Made by a program: the position numbers and the translations under genes. Source: a virus. Taken from it: a stretch of DNA of 64,000 nucleotides. The notes below the pieces were generated by a model. That model was not told the DNA's origin. It made no database searches and worked only from the letters and a program-made list of their open reading frames with translations. The stretch is from the IMG/VR virus record IMGVR_UViG_3300024348_000008; one strand, 5' to 3'. Below, in pieces: positions 19,042 to 29,089 of the stretch; position 1 is the stretch's first letter, and the number at the start of each line of letters is the position of its first letter.

Positions 19042-19230
19042 ATGAAACATTATCCAAATAGGTTAGCAAAAACCTATACGGCAGTTGAAACATTTCATTC
19101 TGAAAGAGAAAGAAGTGATAGAATAGAAGAACTAAAAGCATCGGATAAAGATATTAAAATTAAAACAAAAGTTGCATTTGATATTCAAGATGCATATTTA
19201 TTGGAGTATACGATATGTATGAGACCTTAA
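19042..19230 (+). CDS. Hypothetical protein
   Basis: AAGGA SD, ATG at 19042. Confidence 0.55.
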   Translation: MKHYPNRLAKTYTAVETFHSERERSDRIEELKASDKDIKIKTKVAFDIQDAYLLEYTICMRP

Positions 19231-19403
19231 TATTAGGTATAGTAGCATGTTGTGCCGGTTGTGCATATACAAGTTACAAAATAGGATTAAGAGAAGGCGC
19301 AGAAAATATGTTAAATCTTTTGCAACAACAAAAAATAATAGCATATACTAATAAAGGAAATATTAAACCAAATCCGTTTTTCGTTTCTGATGAAGAAGAT
19401 TGA
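19215..19403 (+). CDS. Small membrane-anchored protein
   Basis: GGAG SD; N-terminal hydrophobic helix. Confidence 0.55.
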   Translation: MYETLILGIVACCAGCAYTSYKIGLREGAENMLNLLQQQKIIAYTNKGNIKPNPFFVSDEED

Positions 19404-19415
19404 AAAAGATTTTAG

Positions 19416-19423
19416 TATAAATA
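19416..19423 (+). promoter_or_regulatory. Late promoter TATAAATA
   Basis: Exact intergenic match heading a long late block. Confidence 0.8.
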
Positions 19424-19444
19424 GATATAACAAAGGAACTTTAT

Positions 19445-20818
19445 ATGCTATTATTTAAAAGCTTTAAATCAGATATAATTCAGGAAGCAGTAAAGCTAAC
19501 TCCTGCACAATTGGATAAACCCAATTCAATAACGGGTGAAGATCGTCTTGATATTCTAAAGAGATTAATTCAAGACAATAAACCTTTAGAATTAGTTAAA
19601 GGTGGTACATTTCTTGTTACTGAAATAGATGATGCTTTAGCTCAAATCGAAATATTTAAAAAATTAAAAAAAGCTTTTCCATTACACGGTAATGGTAAAA
19701 CTATTAGTTCTTCAGATCTTGCAAAAGGTTCAGTATTTGGAGGCGGAGGAGGTTCCGGTGGAGGAACACTTAATACTAAAATTACTGAATCACATCAATG
19801 TGTATTATGTCAAGCAATGTTAGATCATGGTATACAATCAGAAGAATTCTTTTTGAATCCAGATATTCTTAAAGCAGCATATAAACTTGTAGATGTTGAT
19901 GCAACATTAGATGAAATTTTATCTGTTGAAGATGGCTGGTTTCATTCATCATATGAATCATCAATGCTTCTTATTAAGCAAGGTTATATAAATAAATCAC
20001 ATAAATTCCATAGAAATAGTAAAGATATGAATTTAATATATGCTCTTAAAAATGTGGCATATAAAAATTCAGATCAAAAGGCAGTTAAAGATGATAAATG
20101 GAATCCTGGAGATATATGGGCGATTGATAAATCAATTAGTATTAATAAAACCCTAAATCCTGAAAACATAATGACTTATAATAAAGCATTATTACAAAAT
20201 TTTGTTGATCGAAAAGTAGTTGGAATCTCTCTAAAACTTGTTAAGAAAAAAGCTAAATCAAAAGAATATAATATTAAACTACCACCAGACACAGACGATC
20301 ATAAGATTAAATCTATTATATTTCAAGGTGAAAAGCGTGGTACGTTCTGGAGTAACAAAGGTGCTACTGTTGAATTTGATAGCGGTAAAATTTCTTTTCG
20401 ATCTGGATCTGCTGGGGGTGCTATTAAAGGAGAAATTGTACTTAAAACTGCAAGAGGTGGTGGTGCAGGATATGGTATAATGCTAGATGCTATTCAACAA
20501 GTTTTTAGAAAAAAAATTCCAGACAATAAAGTCGTAAATAAAATAGCTAAGAATATTACTAAAAAAGACAAAAAAGCAATAAATGAATTCTTTAAAATGT
20601 ATAGTCATTTCTATAAAAATGAATCATACGAAGATTTTGCAAAAGAAATTGCAAAGAAAGATGTTTATTGGATTGGATCTAAATTAGCGTGTTTGTTTGT
20701 ATTATATAATGTAGATTTAAATACCGGTCCAAAAGCAAATAGATGGATTACAAAAATAGTTAACTATGCTGGATCAAAATCAGAAGATTCTAGTGTATAT
20801 GTAAAGGTATATCAATAG
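19445..20818 (+). CDS. Putative PD-(D/E)XK-fold protein with capsid-targeting-like N-terminus
   Basis: TKITES, WNPGDIW...GISLK; FKS..IQEA leader. Confidence 0.5.
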   Translation: MLLFKSFKSDIIQEAVKLTPAQLDKPNSITGEDRLDILKRLIQDNKPLELVKGGTFLVTEIDDALAQIEIFKKLKKAFPLHGNGKTISSSDLAKGSVFGGGGGSGGGTLNTKITESHQCVLCQAMLDHGIQSEEFFLNPDILKAAYKLVDVDATLDEILSVEDGWFHSSYESSMLLIKQGYINKSHKFHRNSKDMNLIYALKNVAYKNSDQKAVKDDKWNPGDIWAIDKSISINKTLNPENIMTYNKALLQNFVDRKVVGISLKLVKKKAKSKEYNIKLPPDTDDHKIKSIIFQGEKRGTFWSNKGATVEFDSGKISFRSGSAGGAIKGEIVLKTARGGGAGYGIMLDAIQQVFRKKIPDNKVVNKIAKNITKKDKKAINEFFKMYSHFYKNESYEDFAKEIAKKDVYWIGSKLACLFVLYNVDLNTGPKANRWITKIVNYAGSKSEDSSVYVKVYQ

Positions 20819-20819
20819 T

Positions 20820-22058
20820 ATGAAATCATTTAAACAAAATTTACACGAGGCCGCTGGAAAAAATACTCATATGACTCACATTGAGGATTTAGTTCTAGAC
20901 GGTGGAGTCAAGGGGGCACGCCAAGCTATTCTCGCGTTAAGGTCGCTCAGAGATATGCTATCCGGGAACACCGCAACAGGCGTTGATGTGACGGTAAAAT
21001 GGGACGGTGCCCCCGCCGTTTTTGCAGGAGAAGATCCATCTGATGGTAAATTCTTTGTTGCTAAAAAGGGTATTTTTGCAAAATCACCAAAAATATATAA
21101 AAGTCATGAAGATATTAAAGCAGATACTAGCGGAGATCTTCAAGGTAAATTAATTAAAGCATATGATAATCTAAAAAATCTTGGAATTAAAGAAGTAATT
21201 CAAGGCGATTTTATGTTTGAAAAAAAGGACTTAAAAAGAGAAAAAATAAATGGAATCAAACATGTTGTATTTCATCCAAATACAATTGCCTATGCTATTC
21301 CAGAAACAGATCCTCTTGCTAAAACTATTTTAAATGCAGAAATTGGAATTGTTTGGCATACATCATATAGAGGTATAGCCTTTGAAACAATGCAAGCAGA
21401 ATTCGGAAGAGACATTACATCAAAATTAAAACCAACAAAGAAGGTTTGGATGGTAGATGCTAAACTTCCCCATACTGAAGGAGCTGTTATGACAGCAGCT
21501 CAAACTAAAAAAGTTACAGAAAAACTAATACTAGCAGGCCAAATCTTTAAAAAAATAAAAAGTAGTACATTAAAAGAGCTTGAATCAAATAAAGAATTAA
21601 ACCTTGTAATGAACATTTGGAATAATAGAAAGGTTAGAGAAGGCCAAAGAATTAAAGATACCACTAAACATGCAACAGGTTTAGTAATGTTTGTAAAAGA
21701 TAGATATCAAAAAGAGATTGATAAAGTTTCTAGACCAACATCAAAACAAGCAAAAGCAGATAAAAGAGATGAATTATTACAATTTTTTAGTAAACAAAAT
21801 CTAAAAAACTTAGCATTAGTATATGATTTACAAAATTATATCACAGATGCGAAGTTAATTATTATAAATAAACTAAACAGTTTGAGTTCTATTGGAACTT
21901 TTGTAAAAACTAAATCCGGATTTAGAGTAACCAACCCCGAAGGTTTTGTTGCTATAGATCGTATGGAAGGTGGAGCCGTTAAGCTTGTTAATAGATTAGA
22001 ATTTTCTACTAACAATTTTAGCAAAGATATTATAAAAGGTTGGGATAATCCCAACTAA
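20820..22058 (+). CDS. DUF6267-like protein with ligase-type nucleotidyltransferase motifs
   Basis: HIED, KWDG (motif I), QGDF, EGFV (IV), VKL (V); MKSFKQNLHEA leader. Confidence 0.65.
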   Translation: MKSFKQNLHEAAGKNTHMTHIEDLVLDGGVKGARQAILALRSLRDMLSGNTATGVDVTVKWDGAPAVFAGEDPSDGKFFVAKKGIFAKSPKIYKSHEDIKADTSGDLQGKLIKAYDNLKNLGIKEVIQGDFMFEKKDLKREKINGIKHVVFHPNTIAYAIPETDPLAKTILNAEIGIVWHTSYRGIAFETMQAEFGRDITSKLKPTKKVWMVDAKLPHTEGAVMTAAQTKKVTEKLILAGQIFKKIKSSTLKELESNKELNLVMNIWNNRKVREGQRIKDTTKHATGLVMFVKDRYQKEIDKVSRPTSKQAKADKRDELLQFFSKQNLKNLALVYDLQNYITDAKLIIINKLNSLSSIGTFVKTKSGFRVTNPEGFVAIDRMEGGAVKLVNRLEFSTNNFSKDIIKGWDNPN

Positions 22059-22079
22059 TATGGAAATAAACCGAGGATT

Positions 22080-23351
22080 ATGATTAAGTCATTCAGTCAA
22101 TATATTGTTGAGGCAGACAATAAAGCAATTACGTTTGTATTTGGGAGGTTCAATCCACCCACTAACGGACATGAAGTATTGTTTAATAAGTTAAAGGCCG
22201 TTTCTAAGGGTTCATATAGGATTTATTCTTCTAAGAGTGAAGATCCAAAAAAGAATCCATTATCATTCAAAGATAAAGTAAAATTCTTACGTAAAATGTT
22301 TCCAAAGCATGCTCGTTCTATCATGGCAGATAAGAATGTAAGAACTGCAATGGATATATGTGTATTATTATATGATCAAGGATATACAGAAGTATCAATG
22401 GTTGTAGGTTCAGATCGTTTACAAGAATTTGACAAATTACTCAATAAATATAATAATGTTAAATCTAGACATGGTTATTATAATTTCGAAAACGGTATTA
22501 GTGTAATATCTGCAGGAGAAAGAGATCCTGATGCAGATGATGCAAGTGGTATGTCAGCGTCAAAAATGAGAGCTGCGGCCGCAGGAAACGATTTCGATCT
22601 ATTCTCTAAAGGTTTACCTAAAACATATAAAGATGGAACATCATTATTTAATGCGGTTCGTAAAGGTTTAGGACTTAAAGAAACATATAACCATTATAAA
22701 AAAATTAAGCTTGATTCAGTATCAGATCTTAGAGAATCTTATATTGAAGGAAATTTGTTTCATGAAGGACAAAAGGTTATATTAAAAGAAACAAAAGAGT
22801 TTGGAACGATTAAAATGTTAGGTTCTAATTATGTTTCAGTAGTAATTAATAAAGGCGAAAAACCTAAAAGATATTGGTTAGAAGACGTTTCTATAGTAGA
22901 AGAACATGGAGGCGGTGATATTGGAACACCAGATCTTATAAATAGATATCAGAAGGACACTCCTGGTGAAAATAAAGGTTGGAAAACGTTTTTGGCTTTT
23001 GCAACAGAAGAAGAATTCAAAAGAAAAAATTTAAAACCGGATTGGTTCATGACAAAAAGCTTTGCTGAAATAAGAACTGGATTAAAAGAAGGTACTATGG
23101 AAACTGGTATTTTTTCTGATAATAAAGATGAAGCTGAAAAGATGGCTGCCGAATTAGTTATGTTCATGAGAAAAAATAAAGATGTGAAAGTTGGAGATGA
23201 AGCTTCACAAGCTTATGCAGATGGAATAACTAAATATATATATGACGATAAATTGTTAGATGCATTAGATGCAGAAACTGGAAAAACGGGCGAAGACTGT
23301 AATAGTATAGTTGCAGCTAGACTTAAAGAATTGGGAGTTAAAATACACTAA
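22080..23351 (+). CDS. Cytidyltransferase-like (HIGH-class) nucleotidyltransferase
   Basis: FGRFNPPTNGH, VVGSDR, MSASKMR; MIKSFSQYIVEA leader. Confidence 0.85.
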   Translation: MIKSFSQYIVEADNKAITFVFGRFNPPTNGHEVLFNKLKAVSKGSYRIYSSKSEDPKKNPLSFKDKVKFLRKMFPKHARSIMADKNVRTAMDICVLLYDQGYTEVSMVVGSDRLQEFDKLLNKYNNVKSRHGYYNFENGISVISAGERDPDADDASGMSASKMRAAAAGNDFDLFSKGLPKTYKDGTSLFNAVRKGLGLKETYNHYKKIKLDSVSDLRESYIEGNLFHEGQKVILKETKEFGTIKMLGSNYVSVVINKGEKPKRYWLEDVSIVEEHGGGDIGTPDLINRYQKDTPGENKGWKTFLAFATEEEFKRKNLKPDWFMTKSFAEIRTGLKEGTMETGIFSDNKDEAEKMAAELVMFMRKNKDVKVGDEASQAYADGITKYIYDDKLLDALDAETGKTGEDCNSIVAARLKELGVKIH

Positions 23352-23677
23352 TATGAAAAAATTTAAAGAAATAAAAGAAATGTGTGAAGTGTTATTGAGC
23401 GAAAAGGCAAGTCAGGCTATGTTTGTTGTTGTACAAGGATCGAAGTATAAGGTTTTAGGTCAATTTAAAGACAAACGAAAAGCAATAGATTTAATGAAAA
23501 AGAATCCAAAGTCTAAGATTGTTCAAATCGGTAAATTTGCTACAGTTGATGGTAAACCAGTTGATATTAAAGTCGGTGATGAAATGTCTTACACAAGATT
23601 TAAAATGTCTACTAAGATCAAAGAAGAAGCGAATAAAAACATAAAGAGAACTAATATGAAAAAATTTAAAGAAATAA
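23347..23677 (+). repeat. 28-nt direct repeat (23347-23374 and 23650-23677)
   Basis: actaatatgaaaaaatttaaagaaataa, two identical copies. Confidence 0.9.
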
Positions 23678-23901
23678 GAGAAAATGTTGATGAAGGATTG
23701 GGTAATTCAACCCCAAATGTTAAGAAAAAAACCGGCATTGGTACTGATGGTACAGTATTTAATATTCCAGGTAAAAAACCTGGGTCTGTATTCCATGTTA
23801 AACCAAGACTTGATGGAAATACTTTAAAATTTGGAACAGTCAATAATTTTGGCGATATTAAAGTAATGACTATTAAAGAATTAGAAAAGGTATTAAGATA
23901 A
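23353..23901 (+). CDS. Putative internal head protein with duplicated leader
   Basis: MKKFKEIKE and internal MKKFKEIRE. Confidence 0.6.
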   Translation: MKKFKEIKEMCEVLLSEKASQAMFVVVQGSKYKVLGQFKDKRKAIDLMKKNPKSKIVQIGKFATVDGKPVDIKVGDEMSYTRFKMSTKIKEEANKNIKRTNMKKFKEIRENVDEGLGNSTPNVKKKTGIGTDGTVFNIPGKKPGSVFHVKPRLDGNTLKFGTVNNFGDIKVMTIKELEKVLR

Positions 23902-24206
23902 TGAAAGGTTTTAAAGATTTTTATAGCACAAAAGAAATTACAATTTCTATTACTCCTGTTATAGCAGCAGATTTAAGTTCTTCTTTGGTTGAAAAGAAAT
24001 TAACAATAGATATAGATTGGATTGGTAATAATAAAGAAACCAAAGACACTGAAAAGAAATTCAAAATAAAAATAAAAGCAAACCAAAGACAAGGTACAGC
24101 AGATGTAACTGGTGATAATAAGCAAATATTAAAAATGCTTACAGATCCAGATGTATATGGTTGGGATAAAGCCGATGTTTTAGATGTTTGGCCGGAGCTA
24201 AAATAA
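23901..24206 (+). CDS. Hypothetical, putative internal head protein
   Basis: MKGFKDF leader; TAATG coupling. Confidence 0.55.
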   Translation: MKGFKDFYSTKEITISITPVIAADLSSSLVEKKLTIDIDWIGNNKETKDTEKKFKIKIKANQRQGTADVTGDNKQILKMLTDPDVYGWDKADVLDVWPELK

Positions 24207-24436
24207 TGAAAACATTTAAAGAAATGCGAAACGAAGATGCTTTTGATAAATCAAAAGGTGCATTCATAGGTAACATTGAAAAGTCAGTTAAACAGATCGA
24301 GCTTTGGATTAAACAAATCGAAAAAATGGATAAACAAGGCGAAAATGCTGGTCAAATGAAAAAAGATGTATCAATATTAAAAAAAGATTTAGAAAAATTT
24401 AAGATGAGATTGTCAAAGTTGGCCGTATTAATTTAA
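24206..24436 (+). CDS. Hypothetical, putative internal head protein
   Basis: MKTFKEMRNE leader; TAATG coupling. Confidence 0.55.
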   Translation: MKTFKEMRNEDAFDKSKGAFIGNIEKSVKQIELWIKQIEKMDKQGENAGQMKKDVSILKKDLEKFKMRLSKLAVLI

Positions 24437-24446
24437 GGAATAAACT

Positions 24447-25139
24447 ATGAAAACATTAAAACAAATAAGAGAATTTAAGCACAGCATGACATTTTATGAT
24501 GTTAAATCTGCTGAGGCCGCAGAAAAAAAATTAAAAACATTTAAGCTTAAAGGCAATAGTAGCTCTAAAGGTGGAAAATATAAAATCGACGTTGTAGGCA
24601 AATTTAGTGATATTGAAAAGTGGTTGGATAGTCTTCCTGAAAATAAAGAAGATAAGAGTGAAGCTTTAAAAAATGTATATACCGTTTCTGTTCTTTTCAG
24701 AGACGAGAAAAAAGCTAAAGCATTTAGTAAAGATAGGAATCTTCTTAAACTTGCAAAAGTTACAGGAATCGAAAAAACTCAACTGAGATTTAATAAAATT
24801 GGTTGGACTGTAGATTTAGAATCTGAAAATAATAATATTGCTCAAAATCCTATTAATAAAAAGATAGAAGCAATTAAAGCTAAATATGAAACAGATGTAA
24901 AAGAAGCATCAGTAGCTGATGATGATCAAAAAGCAGCTGCAAAACTTAATAGCGATTTAAGCTTAATAATTTATGAGATAGATAAAGCAATGTCTATAAT
25001 TGATAAGAATTTATCTTCATTTGGATCTCCTGGTTTAAAATCCGCATTTACTCAAGCTATCAAATCTGGTTTAAGAAAAACAGGAACCTTTGATATAAAA
25101 ACTGCTAATAATATATTAAAGGGTTATTACAAAAGATAA
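24447..25139 (+). CDS. Hypothetical, putative internal head protein
   Basis: MKTLKQIRE leader; AAGGA SD. Confidence 0.55.
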   Translation: MKTLKQIREFKHSMTFYDVKSAEAAEKKLKTFKLKGNSSSKGGKYKIDVVGKFSDIEKWLDSLPENKEDKSEALKNVYTVSVLFRDEKKAKAFSKDRNLLKLAKVTGIEKTQLRFNKIGWTVDLESENNNIAQNPINKKIEAIKAKYETDVKEASVADDDQKAAAKLNSDLSLIIYEIDKAMSIIDKNLSSFGSPGLKSAFTQAIKSGLRKTGTFDIKTANNILKGYYKR

Positions 25140-25573
25140 TGTCAAAAAATAAAATAGTTAAAGATTTTGTTTCGAAATGGAAATATAGAACTGATAAAGA
25201 ACAATATGGTGCTGCAGATTCTTGGAAAATTATCTATAGTACTAATGCATCAGGTAAGTATGTTGGAGATTGTGAAGATTTTTCATTATCAATTTTATGG
25301 AGACTTAAAGGTGAAAGTCATCTAAAATTTTGGTGGTCACTTATAACAAGAGAAGCCGGAATATGTTTAGTTGGACCAAGTAAGTGGAAAGTATCACATG
25401 CGGTTTTAAGATACCAAGGTGAATACGTTGATAATTGGACTAGAAAGTTTGGTCCTAAAACTGAGATTGAAAAAAACCATACATTCCATATATGGTTTGG
25501 ATATGGTTGGGCATATCAAGTTGCGCTTAAAATGATATTAAGCAAAATTGTGAGAACAATTAAAGGAACATAA
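25139..25573 (+). CDS. Transglutaminase-like cysteine protease (BTLCP/LapG-like)
   Basis: GDCEDF, HAVL, DN triad pattern. Confidence 0.7.
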   Translation: MSKNKIVKDFVSKWKYRTDKEQYGAADSWKIIYSTNASGKYVGDCEDFSLSILWRLKGESHLKFWWSLITREAGICLVGPSKWKVSHAVLRYQGEYVDNWTRKFGPKTEIEKNHTFHIWFGYGWAYQVALKMILSKIVRTIKGT

Positions 25574-25818
25574 TGTATACATTTAAACAATATACTTTAG
25601 ATGAAAGTTTAGATGAAGCTCCATTAGTAATGCATGATATGGATATAGTAGATACTTTATTAAAAAAAATAAGAGATGATATATCTAAAGATAGACAAAA
25701 AAAGCAAGGTGAAAAGAACTGGCCGGTTCTTCAACAATTAGCTAAAATTGCTGGATATGGGATTACTAAAAAGGGCCAAGCTAAAAATAAAACATTTAGA
25801 TACGATCTAAAAAAATGA
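25573..25818 (+). CDS. Hypothetical, putative internal head protein
   Basis: MYTFKQYTLDE leader. Confidence 0.55.
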   Translation: MYTFKQYTLDESLDEAPLVMHDMDIVDTLLKKIRDDISKDRQKKQGEKNWPVLQQLAKIAGYGITKKGQAKNKTFRYDLKK

Positions 25819-25857
25819 TATAAGTACAAGGGGGCACAAGCTCTAATGGAAAATTAA

Positions 25858-26196
25858 ATGGTTACTAAACAACAACGAGGTATGTCTCCCGAAGACATCG
25901 AACAAGTTAAGAGAGAACATATGAATCAATCTGATAGATTAGATAGAATTGAAGAAAAAATTGATAAGATGTCTGAGGCTATCATTAGTATTGCTCGTGC
26001 CGAAGAAAAAATTATGACACTTACATCATATAGTAAGCAAAATGCAGAAACTGTACAAACTTTATTAAGAAGATTAGAAAGATTAGAGGGAACAGTAAAC
26101 GCAAATGCGGCCGTTGTGAAAATTATTAACAAAATGTTTTGGATTGTAATAGCAGCAGCTGCTGCTAGTATTTCCGGACTAGTATTAATGCAATAA
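25858..26196 (+). CDS. Coiled-coil protein with C-terminal TM (XhlA/holin-like)
   Basis: RLDRIEEKIDK coil plus terminal hydrophobic helix. Confidence 0.55.
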   Translation: MVTKQQRGMSPEDIEQVKREHMNQSDRLDRIEEKIDKMSEAIISIARAEEKIMTLTSYSKQNAETVQTLLRRLERLEGTVNANAAVVKIINKMFWIVIAAAAASISGLVLMQ

Positions 26197-26209
26197 ATAG
26201 GAGAAAATT

Positions 26210-26929
26210 ATGAAATTGCAAGATAAAGAAACTCTAAACGTTGCACAAGCAGTGAAAGACGTATTAGAAGGTAAAAAGCCTGCAGTTGAAGAGATGAAAT
26301 ATCCACATACGATGTATCATCCTGAAACTGGCGAAGAAGAAACTGCTACCAATGAAGAAGAGCACAAAGCTTTATCTGCCAAAGGTTATACTCATGAGAA
26401 AAAAGAATCTCCTGAAGAACCTAAAGCTAAAGGTGAAAAAGACTTTAAAGATAAGCATGTGGTTAAGAAAACTGGTGTTGATACTAAAGGTGTTGTAACA
26501 AAAGAAAGTGTAGAAGACGATGAAGAAGTCGCTGATCCATTGCCTGAAATTACTCCTCCGGGTACAGCAGTAGATACTGAAATTTTTGAAGCTAAGTTTT
26601 CACCAGCCTTAATAAAGAAAGCAATTGCAATTGCTAATTCAAAAAAATATAAAGATTATTATAGTGGAGCCTACAGAGCAATTGAAAAATTAAAGAAAGG
26701 TTTAGAAGATGACCCTCAAGTATTAGCTGCATTAAAAGCAGCCAATGAAGGTGTCGAAAAAGATGTCAAGAAAGAAGAATCTGATAAGCAAAAGAAATAT
26801 CAGGCATTTTTTCAAAAAGCACTTAAGAAGTTTGGTGTAGATTCTCCTGCTGAATTAGAAGGCGATAAGAAGAAAGAATTCTTTGATTATGTTGATAAAA
26901 ATTACGAAGCAGATAACGAAGAAGATTAA
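26210..26929 (+). CDS. Highly charged hypothetical (possible prohead core-associated) protein
   Basis: AGGAG SD; E/K-rich. Confidence 0.55.
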   Translation: MKLQDKETLNVAQAVKDVLEGKKPAVEEMKYPHTMYHPETGEEETATNEEEHKALSAKGYTHEKKESPEEPKAKGEKDFKDKHVVKKTGVDTKGVVTKESVEDDEEVADPLPEITPPGTAVDTEIFEAKFSPALIKKAIAIANSKKYKDYYSGAYRAIEKLKKGLEDDPQVLAALKAANEGVEKDVKKEESDKQKKYQAFFQKALKKFGVDSPAELEGDKKKEFFDYVDKNYEADNEED

Positions 26930-26988
26930 AATAATGTAAATATCTTATATAAGTAGTACTGTAACTACTAATAATATATAGGAATATA

Positions 26989-27357
26989 ATGAAACTTTTT
27001 GATAAACTGACTTTAAGAAATTTTGAAATGTATGCGGCTCAGCATTATAATAATCCTGAAGCTACAGATATCGAAGAATTTAAAGAAGATTTAAGTCGTT
27101 TTAAATATTTAAAGCGGCTTTTAAAACGATATGAAATGCAAGGCGATTTACAAGAACGATTAATTCTTAATCATTTAATTGTAATATATAATGTTTTTGG
27201 TATAGAAGCTGCAGATAGGATGGTTTGGTTTAAAATTAATAAAGAACATTATGGATATATTAAACCATTTTTAATATTTCTTTCTTTTTTAAAGGAAACA
27301 GATAAGACTGAAATCCAAATGGACGATAATATTATAGCAAAGTTAAGAAACATATGA
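26989..27357 (+). CDS. Conserved T4-like hypothetical protein
   Basis: Y.NP, EF.EDL.RFKYLKRL, ERLILNH. Confidence 0.75.
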   Translation: MKLFDKLTLRNFEMYAAQHYNNPEATDIEEFKEDLSRFKYLKRLLKRYEMQGDLQERLILNHLIVIYNVFGIEAADRMVWFKINKEHYGYIKPFLIFLSFLKETDKTEIQMDDNIIAKLRNI

Positions 27358-27971
27358 TACAAGAACAGGTAAAATATACAGATATTAGAGAAGGCCTCTT
27401 AAGTCGTGCTGGTGATACAGTTTATGCTTTTAGGTTTGTTCGCTTGCTTGTACAAAAGTGGGAAAAAACAGAAGCTTTTAAATTGGGTATTATTGATAAA
27501 AATGGTAAAAAAATAAAAAAACCTACATTACCAGCAGAAAAAGCCGCTTATACTTATTTTCATAGATTAGTCTATAATATTAAAAGATTAATAGGAAAAA
27601 TTCCATTTGGTAAATCTGCTTTAGCTTCATGGGCAACTGCATTATTTTTATTAAAAGAACAAACTGGATTAACTGATGCAGAAATAGAAAAAGCCTTTGA
27701 AGGAATTCTTGATTTTGATTCAACAGAATTAAAGGAATCTACTGAAACGTGGATTCAATCAGATGGAAATTTAAATCCAGGAAAATACATATTAACTCAA
27801 GACATTATGTCACCATCAACGGCAGATTTTATTGGACTAAAAGGAACAACAGTATTAGCAGAAGATTTTCTAAAACCTTTTGGATTTATATTTGAAACTC
27901 CAATATATTTAGTAAAACATGAGTTAACAAAACATAATTTATATATATCTATTGGAGACATAAAAAGATGA
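27354..27971 (+). CDS. Conserved T4-like hypothetical protein
   Basis: AFKLGIIDKNG, YFHRLV.NIKRL. Confidence 0.7.
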   Translation: MIQEQVKYTDIREGLLSRAGDTVYAFRFVRLLVQKWEKTEAFKLGIIDKNGKKIKKPTLPAEKAAYTYFHRLVYNIKRLIGKIPFGKSALASWATALFLLKEQTGLTDAEIEKAFEGILDFDSTELKESTETWIQSDGNLNPGKYILTQDIMSPSTADFIGLKGTTVLAEDFLKPFGFIFETPIYLVKHELTKHNLYISIGDIKR

Positions 27972-28210
27972 AATTAGAAACGTTTAAAAAGTGGGAATTA
28001 GCTGCCCATTGCCAAGAGGATGCAGCTGCAAATTCAGTATCATCTGGTGGAGTTTCTATGCCAGCTGACGCAGTACACGACAAAAAGAAAAAAAGAGCCA
28101 CACCTCAATATGATGGTAGAACAAAACTAGGAAGAAAATTTGTTGAAAGAATGAATTCTAGAAGAGCAGCTAGAGAAGCAAAGAAAGAAGCAGCTAAACT
28201 ACAACAATAA
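27968..28210 (+). CDS. Hypothetical protein
   Basis: GGAG SD; DGRTK motif. Confidence 0.6.
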   Translation: MKLETFKKWELAAHCQEDAAANSVSSGGVSMPADAVHDKKKKRATPQYDGRTKLGRKFVERMNSRRAAREAKKEAAKLQQ

Positions 28211-28479
28211 TGAAACGGTTTTTTGTTAGTATTAAAAATCTTTTAGTAAGATTTTGGTTATGGATTCTAAGTTGGTTTGAAACGCATCAATATCTTTACG
28301 TATCACATAATCAATATAATAGTGAAGGTGAAGTAATAGATGTATTAGAAAGAAAATTCAAAGTGCGAAAATTCTATAAATGCACACAAAAACATATGAA
28401 ATTTAAAACTATGGATGGAAATATAGTAGTTCTTAAAACTGCAACACCCATGGATTATATGACGGAGACAATAGACTAA
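28210..28479 (+). CDS. Hypothetical protein
   Basis: Coupled ORF. Confidence 0.55.
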   Translation: MKRFFVSIKNLLVRFWLWILSWFETHQYLYVSHNQYNSEGEVIDVLERKFKVRKFYKCTQKHMKFKTMDGNIVVLKTATPMDYMTETID

Positions 28480-28694
28480 TGATAGAAAAAATAATAGCCG
28501 AAAATCTAGGTATAAATCAAGATTCAATTAAAGATATATCCGATTTTAAGAAAGATCTTGGAGCAGATTCATTAAATTTAGTAGAAGTAGTAATGGCCAT
28601 AGAAGAAGAGTTTGATATAGAAATTCCTGATGAAGACGTTGAAACTATTTTTACTGTAGGTGAACTAAAACAGTATATTGAGGATAATTCATAA
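28479..28694 (+). CDS. acpP: Acyl carrier protein
   Basis: DLGADSL phosphopantetheine serine, EEEFDIEIPDE. Confidence 0.93.
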   Translation: MIEKIIAENLGINQDSIKDISDFKKDLGADSLNLVEVVMAIEEEFDIEIPDEDVETIFTVGELKQYIEDNS

Positions 28695-29089
28695 TGCAAC
28701 AAATATTGATAGGAATTATTATAGTTCTAGGACTTGGAGGATATTTTTTATATGATCAAAATATTACTCTTAAAGCAAATAATGCTAAATTAGAAATTGC
28801 AATTGCTCAACAAGAAGAAACAATTGTAGTTATGAAAGAAAGTTATGAGAAACAAGGTGCTTCCTTAAATAAAATGGTAAGTAGAAATGCTCAGATTGAA
28901 GCTGAGATGAATGGTTATCTGGATATATTTAGGAGACATAATTTAAATAAATTAGCAATCGCTAAACCAGGCATGATTGAAACAAGGGCCAATGATCAAA
29001 CACGGGCCGTATTTGAGAGTATAGAAAATGACAGTAAAGAACTCGATTCGCTGGATGATCCCAGCACTGATATTAACCCTAATAACTAG
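28694..29089 (+). CDS. Putative inner-membrane spanin (Rz-like)
   Basis: N-terminal TM plus coiled coil, AKPG.IE; overlaps a lipoprotein gene. Confidence 0.7.
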   Translation: MQQILIGIIIVLGLGGYFLYDQNITLKANNAKLEIAIAQQEETIVVMKESYEKQGASLNKMVSRNAQIEAEMNGYLDIFRRHNLNKLAIAKPGMIETRANDQTRAVFESIENDSKELDSLDDPSTDINPNN

